A stretch of 64,000 nucleotides of DNA from positions 89,365 to 153,364 of the forward strand of contig JAQGDQ010000528.1 of assembly GCA_030141605.1 (NCBI GenBank), in the 5' to 3' direction. The position numbers and the translations under genes were made by a program. The notes beneath the pieces are model-generated. The model was not told where the DNA came from. It saw only the letters and a list, made by a program, of their open reading frames with translations, and made no database searches. Below are positions 26,201-55,925 of this stretch, piece after piece. The stretch comes from Tubiluchus corallicola (taxonomy: Eukaryota; Animalia; Priapulida). Within the stretch, counting starts at the first letter, position 1, and every line of letters starts with the position of its first letter.

Positions 26201-29200
26201 GTAAAGAAGCGGCCTTTCTTAAAAATATCTGTATTGACAAATAAAGGATAGCTTGACAAACAAAAGATAACCATACTAGTTCATTTAAAGAATTTGCAAT
26301 GAGTTTACTTCAAGCTATGAAAACGTCGTTAAAATATATCAAGAGTAAAAGACATTCAAGATATGGCATGCGTGACTTAAAGGGTGTCCCCTTTACCATA
26401 TGTAAAGTATAGTTATATGTGACGGGGTGGGGGTGTGGTGTGCATCATTTCATTATCTTAGCGCCCCATAAGGCAAATTCGGTCTGAATAATATAATGAA
26501 AACTAAAACACTATTATGGCTGCGCCTACTCCAAAATTTATTTTCGACCCTATTGGATCGTGAGTATCTTAGCCGTACGAAGCCGCACGAAGCCGCACGA
26601 AGCCGCACGAAGACGTACGAAGCCGTACAGTGGCGTTGAAAAGCACTGATTTAATAAAACCGTCGCCTTGGAATGATCCTCATCGACTCAGTGGACCGAC
26701 GTGCACGTATTCCATCTCAGCACCTGTTCCGCAATGACAGCCAGCTTGCAGCACAACAGATTTGACGTATGGCGTAATATAGACCTCTGTAGTAATTATT
26801 TTCAAATACTTGAATCTATAACTTTACTTTGTTTTACAAAATTTTTGGATGCCTTCTGCACATCTATGCCGTGACAGAGCACATCAGCAAAATTCTGTCA
26901 GCGTATCAATATAGTATAGGTTTTGCAAGTCAAATGTAGACACAGGAAAGTTCAAATGTGACTTAGGTAAGTCAAATGTCGACATAGGAATTTCGAATGT
27001 GTTTTGGTAACTCAAATGTGACTTAGGTAAGTCAAATGTAGACATAGGACATTTGACTTGACATGCGCCTACATTTGATTTACCAAAAGCGCTTAAGATT
27101 TCTTGAAAACCATTGTTAACACATTTGAACTAACTAAGTCTACATTTGAGTTACCAAGACACACTTGAATTACCTAAATCTACATTTGAGTTAACGCAGG
27201 TCTACATTTGACATGTAAAACCTATAAAAAAACAATGCAATTTAAACAATTATTCAGCGGCTATGTAGTTGCGCAGAAATTTGGATATGATTCCTTCATA
27301 TTCCACACACGTACCGTATTCACATCGAGGTCCAAAAAAACCCGCATTGCAACTACATGTATAGTGACCTAGTTTATCCTCGCATGTGCCATTATTGAAG
27401 CAAGGGTTTGATTTGCATTCTTCATCGTCTGGAAATAACAAAACAGATTCAATAATTAGCTTGAAAATAAGATAGTCTTCTGAGATTTCCTGTGGCCATA
27501 ATCGTCAAAGGTCAAAAAATAATTTATAATAACTATAAATCTTAAGCAGTTTTTGTTTTTTTCACATATGGTGTTCATTAAAAGACTTGGTAGTATAATT
27601 TTGGTTTTTAACACCCCATAAATTGTCTGTAGTCATCTGTTTCTGACTGTACACAACAAGTAGTTACTTACTCTAAAAGATTCTAATGTCAATAGGCAAA
27701 TATTTAGTTATCTTTCAAGATCATAGATAGGTATGTTTGTCAGTATAACTTTCGTTTTGCTTTCTTAATTAGTAATTTTATTTTTCTTTTAAATTGTTTT
27801 TAATCAGCCTCTTCATGCTTTTTGTATTCTTTATTTTCCTCACATTGTACACCTTTATTTTGTAAACGTTGCAAATGTCAAATTCTTAAATTGAAATTGA
27901 TGGAAAACTATTTAAGCGGACAACTACTTAGTTGTCGAATCGATGACCGCGAGTAATGTTCATAGAAAGAAGACAAAATTTAAAAAATTAAATGCAGGTG
28001 TAACCCAGGGTTCTATTTTAGGAGCCTTGCTTTTCCTTGCTTACGTAAACGTAAATGGTCATCCGTCAGTAGCTGATTGCGAAGTTAATCTACGTGCAGG
28101 TGACCTGACTCTACAGCAGCTCAAACAACCCATGCTTGCTTTGAGTAGCAGCTTACAAAACTTAGTCGTATGGGCAAGGACAGACACAAGCTAACCACAA
28201 TGTATGGATTAGCTTCACCAAGAATGGGTTAGCCCCGAGGAAACTGCAAATACTGCTTAATTCACCAGATGAAAACAGAAAAATATACAATTGAAAAAAA
28301 ACGCAGAAAATTTATTTTTAATTAGAACTAGGACGACAATTCTCCACAAATCTTTTTTTCCAAAGACTGCAGCACTCTATTGTGGAATGATTTACCTGTT
28401 CCATTATAAGTTCCAAACATATTCACTCTTGGCACATTCAAAAAGCACACTGCAAGAACAAGCGCCTGAAAGAGTTTTAGCGGGTTCCATATTTGGTCAG
28501 TTATGGTGACAGTGCATTGAAGGTTAAGAATGCTTTCTAGCAAACTAAAAAATGATCTTGTTAACAATTATGTAGACAAAAATCGCAATTGTGCAAGTGT
28601 TTAGTAAGTTGAACATGCTAAACGTCATTTCTTAGAATGCAGCAGATATGACCACATTAGGAATATTATTTTGAATTCAATCACTCGAGGTCACCAGTTT
28701 ACGTTAGATACTGAATGAGATCAACAGCCTTGCTGAAGATGAAATCCTATTCACGCATGGCAATTGAATTTGTTGAATGAAGCCGTAGGTTTAGTGACGA
28801 TTGGGATTGTTAATATTGTATATATATATATATATTTACCATAACTATTGTATGGACCGTGTTTGAAAATTAGATATATAATTTAATTTACATAGTTTGC
28901 CACAGATTTGTAAAAACATGGTAAACTGAGAAATATTTTATTACTGTATTTACATTTTTTATGTTTCGTCAACAGTCCAGTCAACTTTATAGTTTGCCTG
29001 CTGCTTCTTGGACTTTAATATATGTAGTATATTGTTGTAATTATAAATACTTATTTAAATCAAATATCAAAGCTATGAAGCATGCATAATTTTATATCTG
29101 GAGCAACGCTGCATCTCGAGATGCAAAAATGCATCTTTATCTTGTTTGTTTCTTTGTTTGTTTGTTTCAAAAACAGCTGTCTATCTTTGTCTATGCAGCA

Positions 29201-31569
29201 AAATAACAATTTTTACCAACTGTGAGGAAAGCCATATGTCTTTTCAACTTTCCTGGACTCTTCCTGTTTTCCTCAAAATACCAGTAACCGCCTTTATCGT
29301 CATTCCTAAGTTTATTAATAATCGTAATCAGACTGTAGCAGGTTTTTTGGGTCGCTGACAAGTGATCAATTTTACAGAGGGCGCTCCCACGTGGCGGGTC
29401 ACCTGTGACACCAACGGATTCGTAAGAACAGCGAGTTACACCTTTATTTACACTTGACATCTGACATTTATAAGAGTCATTCGCATACGTAGGTGATAGG
29501 CGCCACCCATAGAATTCCAGGTCTTTAGCTGCAGACGTTATTGGAACGCACCATTGCAATGGCATTTCGACATTTTCTCCAATTCTGCGTGCAAATTCTT
29601 TCACTTCCCCTATAATAATAGAACAAATTAACTAAGAGTACTAACAAAAGCGTATTACGTGCATTTACTAAGAATAAATGGTGATGAATAAAATGGTGGT
29701 GAGTAAATGGGTAGGGACAGGAAGGGCATCCGCCTGTAAAAACTGCGCCTAAACCTTCTATGAATGAGTCGGTGAGACTTAAAGGTAAAGTCCACAAAGA
29801 AGTGGTCAGACCCGCTCTAATCTATGGGCTGGAAGCAGCTTCTCTAAAGAAGACCGAAGAGAAGAAAATGGGTGTGGTGGAGATGAGGATGTAGAGATGG
29901 ATGGTGGGAATAACAAGAAGAGATATAATTAGAAATAATAATATCAGAGGAACAGTAAAAGTAGTGGAAGCCTTGCAAGATTGCGATGGTGTGGACACCT
30001 GAAAAGAAGAGTCGGTGAAGATCTTGTGGGAATTGAAGACATAAATGAAGAGATGGTCAACAACAGGAATGCGCGGAGAAGACTCATTCACAACGGCGAC
30101 CCCGAATAGGGAAAAGCTGGGAAGAAGAAGAAATGGTGATGAATCAGCGCTATACAGTTCATAGGCAGTACACTTTTAAAGGAAAATTGGACCCAATCTT
30201 AAAGCATAGCTCAAAACAATGGACCCAGTAAATTACTGACGTGGAACGTGCAATTTTTAAAGAATAACCTACGCCAAAGAATAATTACCGCACAAACCTA
30301 ATTTCGTCTAAGTAAGGCTAGTTCATTGCGGTTACATGCATGGGCTTTAACGCCTGCGACTCGGAACGTCTTGTACAAAAAAAGGTGCTGTACCTGTCAG
30401 TTCAGATTTAGTCCTGTTGTGACGCAGCGTTGTATATTGGGATTGTTAAGCGTAATTGCATTAATTCCACAGTTATTGAATTCTTGGATTAGGTAACAGT
30501 TATTGCACAACCTATACTCTTGAAATAGCTTATGGGTTTTTCTGCCACGGTATTTGCTTTGATATCTTATTTGTTCTATGGGTTTTGTATATTTCAATAA
30601 AGTATTAACTAATGAACTGTTCGTACTTTTGCATAAATATTTATGTAAATGCATGGCTCGTGAAGTTTTGTCCACCAAATTTGTGACGTCATTACTAGCT
30701 AGGCTGCCAAGCTTTTAATAAAGTTTTAAACCTATCATTTAGTTATCTAAAACATAATGGTTTTATTATAGGTGTTAATATAATTTACCGTTTGTCGTAG
30801 TTTTAAAGGAAGCAAGATGATTTTTCATGTCCAACTCCATTTTCAACTACTTTTTGAATGAACTGGTTTTTGAGTTACAGTATGTATCGCTTTACTTAAT
30901 TTTGCTCGTTTTTTATCCGATTTTATAATTTGATCTTCTCGGAACAATAAACAGCTTCAAAGCTTATGGGATTGATCATTGATGATGATTGACTGAGAAT
31001 TTTACCAGTAATCAGGTACACACCTAGACATAGGTAACTTGCAGCCTTAAGCTGCATGCACATGTAACGTTACACTAATTCACTGATTCACAGTTTACAA
31101 ACAATTGAAGTAAGCTACCTTACCTGCTTCCACGCAGTCTTGGGAAAAATGGGAAAGTTCGGCCGGAGATATGGCTATTGGCCATGCGCATTCTACGTTT
31201 CCCTCTATGTTACTGTCTTCTTTCAACCATCTCAGGTTACAATCACATATCATTCTGTTACCTGAAAAAGATAAAATAGATACTTGTTTATTTCAAAAGA
31301 ACATGACACACTCTTTCTCTCTCTCCCTCTGTATATGTATATATATATATATATATACAGTTTATATATAGTTCCGAGATGGCACGTTTTTAAAGAAATG
31401 TTTGGCCCATTCTTAAAGCATAGCTCAGAACAATCTACAACATAAATTATTGAAGGGAACTTACAAGTTTTAATGAATATCCTACGCCAAATAATAATTA
31501 CGTCAGAAACCTAAATTCATCTCCGTGGGGATAGTTCTTCGATGTTACCTGCATGGGCACTAACGTCCT

Positions 31570-31651
<82 letters not shown>

Positions 31652-31674
31652 TGATAATAATAATAATAATAATA

Positions 31675-31742
<68 letters not shown>

Positions 31743-33675
31743 AATAATAATAATAAATATATATATGCTATATATATGCTATACATTTCATGCCATCTGG
31801 AGATGAATTTTATGACCTAAGGATTATAGTATTATCAAAAATCAGATGCATAATCTATAGATCACAACGTTTCGAGATTTCTTGATCACTTTCTCACACA
31901 TACCTTACCAACCGTAAGATAACTAAGACCAAACAGCTTGCAGTGTCATGAGGTCAAAATGATGATTTAAATTAATCCATGAAAATTTGAAATTATAAAA
32001 ACACTGAACTGCACTGCACTGCGCTGGTAAAATTCACATAAACTGAATTCACATCCACATACACATTAAGCAAGTGTAACTGTAAAGGAGTCAAAATATA
32101 GATATCTGTTGGCAGATTGCCAAATCTTGCTTTTTTGTGAAATGGAACGAATTATTATATAATTAGCCCCTAAAATTTATTTAGCTTTGAATAACTGACC
32201 CTGTATATATGTATTTACTCTTGCAATTTTTGTTTCGTTGTATTTAATTTCATTTTAGTACTGTATTTGTATTTTATATGATCTCAGTAACAACAGTAAT
32301 AAATTTGAACTAAAATGAATTGAATTAGGATTCATTGATTATTAGCTTGACACTGGTGAGAAAAACACAGATTTAAAATGAAAGATACAATAAAACAAAG
32401 TAAAAATGAACATGAGCTCTGTACAAGTTGTGACACACAAATTTTTCACTCTTTTACAGTCACGTTTTGTATTACGTCAATTTCTGAAAGTTACAAATTT
32501 TCAATTATATTCCATTGAAAATTTATATTCTCTTTTTAGGTGATTTCAGCTGTCCATTGCTGTGTTTTAAACTTTATTTTCATCTAGTAGTTCACATTAT
32601 CATCTTGATCTTATCATATTGTAAATTATTTGTTTTGATTATATTGTACTTGTAAGAAGTTTAATACAATTCTAGGTAAAAAGTTGCAGACAAAAATGAC
32701 ACGGAAAAAATAAATAGCCTTAACAGTCTAACAGTAACTCTAACCCTATATACAATGCCATGTTTATAAATAATGTTGTCATATCATATATTGCCAGTTA
32801 ATGAAAGATTTAAAAAAATTTTCTGTTACCTATAATTACCTTAATTGTTTGTTGTACTTGAATAAATTATGATTGACTTGAATATTTTTGTTTAATTACC
32901 TGACTTTCTTTCCTAACCAAAATTATGTCATTTCTTCTACCATAAATTAATGGTAACTCCCGTGACTCCGTTACCGTTTACCTTAATATCACGCCTTTGT
33001 AAACTTGTGACTATCTATAGTTAGTTAGAAGAATCGTAAGAAACAGGATTTACCAGAAAGATTAATTCTGATGGAGTTGCTACCATCGCGGCGAAAGTCA
33101 GGTTTTTTCAAGTGATGTATGCTGCAATAAGTTACGGTAAGATCTGCTAATTTTGGTTGAGCAGATAAGTCCAACTCTAGTTCCGTCAACTTCTGATTTC
33201 TATTTATAAATATTTCACGAAGAGAGCTTAGTTGATGGAATGCTTTTTTATGAATGCTTGTAAGCCAGAAATTAAAACTAATTTCCACTTTCTGCACGTC
33301 ACCATATATAGAATTTTCTCCAAGCAATTCTAGTTTCGTTGTACTTATCTTTAGCACTGATGGAGACACGCCTTCCAAAAATCTTTCTGGCAACGTTTTG
33401 CCTCTGTAATAAGCAACTGAAAGAATTGCTATTGATCCTGCTGTTCTGTTAAGTTGTGAGGTCCAGTCTAGTATCTTTTGTTTAGTTGCATACAGACAAT
33501 GAACATCACACTTATTTTGGAACAAGTCAGTAACTGGCTTTATGTAAGTGCATTTTATGGCTCTGTCATCACGAGCTATAACTTTATGCTCACAAAGCTC
33601 CGCATTCCAGGGTACTTGTGATCTACATCCAGCAATGGCGGATAAAACATAAACAGAAACGAAAATTACTTTCAT
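16808..33675 (-). CDS. Gene B: LRR-LRRCT-Ig-like-EGFx2-stalk-TM single-pass membrane protein (~559 aa as modelled)
   Basis: Exons: 33054-33675, 31124-31261 (LRRCT), 29217-29609 (Ig-like), EGF 27315-27428 and 25723-25836, stalk 24799-24867 ([22 protein letters not shown]), TM 23327-23425. Tail exons are tentative: 22686-22711, 20126-20149, 18011-18061, 16808-16837 form one open chain ending IQPSNMHQP*. Confidence 0.8.
17089..17332. repeat. Compound hexamer microsatellite TCTATG/TCTCTG/TCTGCG/TCTACG
   Basis: Directly visible. Confidence 0.95.
17526..17700 (+). mobile_element. tRNA-derived SINE remnant
   Basis: A-box TGGCCGAGTGG (~17535) and B-box GAGTTCGAGACC (~17577) at Pol III spacing; no complete cloverleaf seen. 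Confidence 0.6.
18306..19238. repeat. 18-bp minisatellite GATCATAGATCTG(A/T)GCAT (~50 copies)
   Basis: Directly visible; one shortened unit near 18816 shifts all ORF frames. Confidence 0.95.
19530..19910. mobile_element. Inverted pair of a hammerhead-motif repeat (Penelope-like terminal repeat remnant)
   Basis: Arms ~19545-19630 and ~19755-19870 are reverse complements; tatca-TTGATGA-stem-AAAACGTT-tgtgata at 19818-19867. Confidence 0.55.
21130..22320. repeat. 27-bp minisatellite AGTGCCAAGCCACCAAATGCTTTACAT (~44 copies)
   Basis: Directly visible; open in four frames because the unit is a multiple of 3. Confidence 0.97.
23327..23425 (-). CDS. Gene B transmembrane exon
   Basis: [33 protein letters not shown]; ttttag acceptor, gtgagt donor as in the gene A TM exon. 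Confidence 0.85.
25723..27428 (-). CDS. Gene B two EGF exons (27315-27428, 25723-25836)
   Basis: [38 protein letters not shown] and [38 protein letters not shown]; 114 bp each, AG/GT flanked. Confidence 0.9.
26573..26628. repeat. 10-bp tandem repeat AGCCG(C/T)ACGA
   Basis: About five copies visible. Confidence 0.85.
26915..27226. mobile_element. MITE with TIRs and internal ~20-bp subrepeats
   Basis: tataggttttgcaagtcaaatgtagac...gtctacatttgacatgtaaaacctata; tcaaatgt motifs on the left half, acatttga on the right half. Confidence 0.75.
27895..28450 (+). mobile_element. LINE reverse transcriptase fragment (CR1 group)
   Basis: [18 protein letters not shown] (GVPQGSxLGP motif) and downstream KSFFPKT. 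Confidence 0.75.
29217..29609 (-). CDS. Gene B exon 3: atypical Ig-like domain
   Basis: ORF 29191-29604; [17 protein letters not shown]; paralogous to 49679-50068 and 8537-8926. Confidence 0.8.
29690..30130 (+). mobile_element. 5'-truncated RTE-clade LINE with 14-bp TSD
   Basis: [20 protein letters not shown]...[23 protein letters not shown]; (GAA)n tail; aaatggtgatgaat at 29676-29689 and 30131-30144. Confidence 0.85.
30170..31570 (+). repeat. Two direct copies of a ~200-bp interspersed repeat (approx. 30170-30370, 31383-31570) flanking gene B exon 2
   Basis: Shared tcttaaagcatagctca...cctacgccaaa.aataattac...aaacctaa...gcatgggc.taacg. Confidence 0.7.
31124..31261 (-). CDS. Gene B exon 2: LRR C-terminal cap
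   Basis: [46 protein letters not shown]; cag acceptor, gtaagg donor. Confidence 0.9.
31572..31757. repeat. (AAT)n/(AAC)n microsatellite
   Basis: Directly visible. Confidence 0.95.
33054..33675 (-). CDS. Gene B exon 1: signal peptide, Cys-rich cap and LRR stack
   Basis: ORF 33025-33708; ATG at 33675 ([25 protein letters not shown]); shares [28 protein letters not shown] with genes A and C. Confidence 0.9.
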
Positions 33676-35166
33676 GATTCTAATGAACCAACAAATCACC
33701 AAACCCAATTCAAATCAGTAGAGCAACAGCAATAATCAGTAATTACATGTTGCTGATTATTGCACTCCGTTTTCAACGCATTGTCATCATTATATCACAA
33801 TAACTGTTCCAAAAGAGACAATTTACACTTTACTAACATTCTATGCAAAAAATCAATCATTCGTGTCTTTACGTTATTAATTGTGACGTGCTAATAATAA
33901 TTCGCGTTCTAGTGATTATTATGACAAAATAATAATGACATATAAGTTCGTTGGAGTAGCTACAGTGTATAAGCAAACTTTGTGGCTGATACTTCACCAA
34001 ATTTCGTATAAAGAATGTTTTATAAACGCAGTTGAATTGAGATTAATTCGTCTAAGGAAAACTAGCAATGAACATGTTACAGTTTTCAGCGTTCTTCCAA
34101 AGCTGCAGAGCTCAGTTCTGTAAACTTACTGGAATTGATTCGTTGTATTGGAATTGAGCTGCTGCTGGCTACAATATTCTTTAAAATATTTGAAATTAAA
34201 TTTCGTTACTTCGCCATTAATTCACGATGGTTTCCATTCGCTTGGGACGACCAGCTAAGCTCCACCAGCTAAGCTCATTTTTTCCATCATAGGCACAATA
34301 TTTTTCCCTCTCTTCTCATGTTTGTTTTCCTAAGCTTGGGAAATTTATTTTGCGTTATTTTCTAAATAAGTAAAAATGTATAATCAGCATCTCATGCAAG
34401 CTCTACTTTGCTTTTACATACTGACCTGTGACTACTACAGTGTAGACGTTGGAAAAATGCAACAAGAACTTGGCGTAAATTTGAGCCATCTTTCCTCGGA
34501 TAAGCTGCTGTACCGAGCTAAATTTTATGGCCGATCATGGCCACATGTATAGAGTGTTTCATAAGTGTCTTTCGTGTTTGATTGGTTGGGTTGTGCCGTG
34601 TCTTTGCTTTTTGTCGCTGTTTTTTTAGTTTATCGTTTAAAAATAGTTAATAATTTTATAAATCCTCAATGCGTTTTAGCTCTTCAAAATATTCTCTGTT
34701 TTATTTCTTTCTCTATATGACCTGTGTTTACTTCACATTAAATTGGTTCTTAAAACGGTTTTAAGAAAGTACAGATTCTAATTTATATAAACATAATACA
34801 CTTGTGTTTATAAGCTGCTATTATTATGTGCCCTGTTGTAAGATTATTTGTTTACATTGTAAGATATATAAATTATATTAATGCCAATTTGTGTTGTAAG
34901 GAAGTATTTTCACTGCAAGGTGACATTCATCTGTGCCTCTGGAATTATTTTTGAACTGGTCCTTATTTTTGAACATTTGGTCAAGTATAATCACAGCTTG
35001 GCATTAGTTAGAGGATGAATAGTGACAGAGTTACATAACTAATGTTTTCTGTCACTTGTTTTTGTATCATACGGTCTGTAAGTTTACAATTTATCTGTAT
35101 TTGTCTTCTTTGCTTCTCATTAATGTTGATTTTTGTAATTTTTATACACTGTGTTTTTATTTAGGT

Positions 35167-35651
35167 CAGTGGTTTCCAATCTTTTCTGCACGGTGACCCC
35201 ATTTCCAGGACCCTGCATCATATCGTGACCCCACGAAGAACATAATCACATGTTATGCTATTAAACGTTATTATCGTTCATTTATTAATTTTAACTTACT
35301 ATTCAACAAATTATTGAACAATGAGTGATTGTTTCATTTATTCATTCATGTGAAGGTTGCACCTGTTTCTCAGTGACCAGTATTGCAATGCAATAGGTAT
35401 CCCAGGTAAAATGAATAGCGACACACTTTTGGGCGGTGGGTACAGCATGGAACTACGTGCATTTTCTTTTTTCCAGAAAATTAAGCACTGGTATAAACCA
35501 TTTAAAGCGGGAAAACCCAGTTTCACTTTCCAGAACAAAATCCAGGAGAGACTGAGGAAACAAAATCTAGTTACATACTTTTCAAGAAAACAGCAATTGG
35601 ACTAGCCCGTGCCCCAAGAAAAGTGTTTGGCGACCCCAAGGTGGATCACTG
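35167..35651. mobile_element. Possible hAT (Charlie-like) non-autonomous element
   Basis: CAGTGGTTTCCAA...GGTGGATCACTG termini with subterminal gtgacccc/gcgacccc motifs; no 8-bp TSD recognisable. Confidence 0.5.
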
Positions 35652-36219
35652 CGTGAATATAACCACGACTGGTAGAAACATTGTAGATACTTGTGCTTAA
35701 ATAAAAGTCATGTGTTTTCCTAAGCGAGCCTTGGCCTTTATTTTCCAGTTCACAAATAAGGAGATGTTATATAGTCTTGATTTGCGCTTCACACACGGTG
35801 CCAAGGAAGCCAAGGAATTGTGTGAAGAATCAGGCTTAAAAGTCTAAGCTTAACCTTTTGCTCTTGTGTATCTGGCAACATGTTTGTAAAAGTTTTTCAT
35901 ATATTACAATTTAGTACATTTTACAAAGACATACCAATTTACAAACACGATCGCCAATAAATTTTCAGTTTTAACTGTATTTTTTTGCAGACAGTGGAGA
36001 ACATTTGCAACATATGATGACATTTTTAGGAAAAAAAGTCTGAAGACAAGAAATCTGTTGTAATAGAATCTCATGGATTAGATTCAACAGTTCTCTTTTC
36101 CTTTATCTTTTATCTTTATCTTTATCCGCTTTATCTTTTCAATCACAGAATCGAATCTCTTTTGCGTAGATTCAACCTGTTTCTTCTACGTTTTCGATCA
36201 CTGAATCATGCGGCGTAGA

Positions 36220-52762
<16,543 letters not shown>

Positions 52763-53721
52763 TGCTTTGGGGAAATAAAACTTGAAAAGATCATTCCAAC
52801 TCAAACCTGCAGTAACGATAATAACCTAAACGTTCCACGCAGTTTTCGAAGCCATTATGTAACGGAATGTGGCAAAGACACAAGAATGAAAAATTTAATT
52901 TTTGTCTGTATCATAACTGTGATGTCGTTAAGACCTAGTTCGAGTATTGTATTAAAATAGTAGTGCTGTATTTAACAATTGTGGACGGTATTCTATATAG
53001 GCTACAGTATGCGACGGCATAACGAAATGTGCTAATAAAATTAACAAAACAATGTTTCAGAGGCGTTCTTCAGGATAAGCGTCACTATCACAATAGCGGT
53101 TTTACTTGTAACAAATTTTTTATACATATAAAAGGCAGCAAACTGAGTCCTTGTCATTATTAATAACGTTAAATATAGGCCTTCGCATTTACTGTAACAT
53201 ACAGTATCCTGTATCAGCAAATCTCCTTATTATTACATACTGAGGTGAATTTGGTTGAATTACTTATTCATTTTGAAGTCTACTTTATAAGGCACGAATA
53301 CAAACAAGAGTAAAAGTGCTACTAAGAAACTAACTTAAAAACTTATTTGCAGTATAACAGTGACTATAATACGTTCTTTAGCTAATACACATTTTCGCAG
53401 CTAACTGACCAACTATAAAGGAACTTCACTCATACTGAGGGAGGGTTAAACTCTTAACAAGAATGGACCTGTTTACTACAAATAATATCGAAAGTTGTAT
53501 GAATTTATACCATAGTGCAGAAAAGATGTGTCAAAGTTTGGAGTACAATAAATTTGGGAGCCAGTACCACAACAAAGTTGAAGTTTCACAGCAGGATACT
53601 ACAATACGCTAGTTTTTGGCTGTGAAAATTGCGGGTTTATCGATTTTGGCATGTAAAAAATTTGAGTGGCTAAACAATGTTAGAAATTCATCAATTTAAA
53701 AACGACCACTTTGAGGTAGAA

Positions 53722-54016
53722 CGCATGCTATGGTGTAGCATGTGTATGCTATGGTTTAGCATGTGTATGCTATGGTGTAGCATGTGTATGCTATGGTGTA
53801 GCATGTGTATGCTATGGTGTAGCATGTGTATGCTATGGTGTAGCATGTGCATGCTATGGTGTAGCTTGTGTATGCTGTGGTGTAGCATGTGTATGCCATG
53901 GTGTAGCATGTGTATGCTATGGTGTAGCATGTGCATGCTATGGTGTAGCATGTGTATGCTATGGTGTAGCATGTGCATGCTATGGTGTAGCATGTGTATG
54001 CTACGGTGTAGCATGT
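53722..54016. repeat. 21-bp minisatellite GCATGTGTATGCTATGGTGTA (~14 copies)
   Basis: Directly visible. Confidence 0.95.
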
Positions 54017-54254
54017 GATACAGATAAAGCACTGATAAAAATTTATTACAGTACATGGAATACTCTTATAGAGAAACTGAAGGGTGATCGCACAGAGGAG
54101 TTTGATGCCACGCCCCTCTGACAAAGATGGTCAGACGCGGGGATGCCTGGGCCCAAAAGCCAAACGAGAAAAAAACTTGTTCCATGAGTACGGCGACAAA
54201 ACAAAATGCATACCCAAACCGTCCATAAGCCGGCATACTAAAACTACGTTATGA

Positions 54255-55925
54255 TGTTTCAAACTAAAATGCGCCAAAAGTTTGGTCTAATGTGAATTTT
54301 TTATTTTTTATGAAACAAACGCGAAACGAATTATCTAGAAAACGTTCAAAAATACTAAAAACCTAATTTTTTAACAACTTACCTGCTTTTCTGGTTGAAA
54401 ACAAGTGTTGCAGCTGTTTTGAACTTATATTTTTAAACCTTGATAATAGCTCTTGGAAGCGATCATTTTGCTTCAAATTTTTTCTGCTGCCAAGCCCAGA
54501 TCTTCGTCAGGAAGACCCATCTACAGGATTTTAACATAACATCAATGTGTTTTTGCAATGTCCATAGCAACCAACATGTTTTTTTGTAGCAATTTTCTCA
54601 AAGTTATGTTTTTCAGTGCATATAGGGTGCACTTCAATTTAAGCGTAGATTATCTCAGGTTACAAATAACATAGAGCGATAAGCTTGTCATCAAAATGAT
54701 CCTCATGAAATGGAGATTCAGGACGTGTGAATAACTAGAAAAGTCTACTTGTGGAAGATTTTGCTGTGCAAGCACACAAATGTCTATAAGTCGGCGTAGT
54801 TATTTTGCGATGAGAAATTACGCTTTTGTGCTACAAAGTAAAACGCATAGCATATTCTATAAAAATCCGTTTTTTTGTTTTTTTATAACAGCAAGTAAAA
54901 TTTTTATTGTACTGATTCCTTGCTTAAGACACTTCCTTGGTGGATTTAGTTTGAGTATTGTTATTTGGAGAACTGGGTGGGGGGGGGGCAAGTTTCATTT
55001 TGCCCTGGGCTGCAAAAATTCTCTTGGCGGCAGTGTCTGGTGCAAAGGAACTAAAGGCGAAAATATCAAGTGCTGGGACCAAATATTTTACAAAGAAGTA
55101 TGGAAAAGTATTCACAGATACCTTTCAGACATCTATTTTTTGACTTGTCATTTTAAAAGGGATGCATCTTTGCAAAAATAAATAGTACGACCTAACATCA
55201 GTGTGATATATAAGCGATTCAATTATTACCTTTTTGTAAAATCGTGATCAAAACGTCATCCCATTTTTTGCACCACCCAGTTATTTGTTCTTGATTTGCT
55301 GTTGTACATGCTCAAGTTAATACTACTTTTGTAAAAACGTATAGGCGAAAGTAGGCAATTTTTTCATATAGTTTTCCATCTTAGCCGGTTTGATCACTTT
55401 GTTCAATTAATTAATTAATTATATGTGTGCTTGCATAGCAAGATCGTCAATAAGTTGGCAATTAACTTTTTCTAGTTATTCACATATCCATCTCCATTTC
55501 ATGAGGATCATTTTAATACCAAGCTCATCGTTCTATGCTATTTTGAAAGCTGAGACAATCCACTTTAAAGTTGAGGTGCAGGCTACGCACTGAAAAACAT
55601 AATTTTGAGAAAATCGCTGTTAAAGTTTGCGATTGTTTTTTGTTGCGTCTCTACAAAACACTTAGCAACTGTACAAAAGTGTGGTACGAAAAACCCCGAA
55701 GCAAAATGATTGCTTCCATGAGCTACTATCGGTTTTTTTTACAATTACTAGTTTTTAGTCACAAAAGCGGACATGGGTTATAAAAATAAACTTTTAGTAT
55801 TTTTGGACATTTTCTTGATAATTCGATGCTAGAATATAAAAGTCCAATATATTTAGAGCTTGTTTTTATAAAAAAACGAAAAAATTAACGTTTGACCAAA
55901 TTTTTGGTGCATTCTACTTTGAATT
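54255..55925. mobile_element. Long diverged inverted repeat (arms approx. 54255-54720 and 55490-55925), DNA-transposon-like
   Basis: aaaatgatcctcatgaaatggagat vs atctccatttcatgaggatcatttt; ttttctcaaaagttatgtttttcagtgc vs gcactgaaaaacataattttgagaaaa. Confidence 0.7.

Noticed and set aside
53051-53077. Minus-strand CTGAAGA...GAAAC hammerhead-like core
   Set aside because: No convincing stem I or stem II pairing.
53677-54124. Cys/Met- and His-rich ORFs
   Set aside because: 21-bp minisatellite translations.
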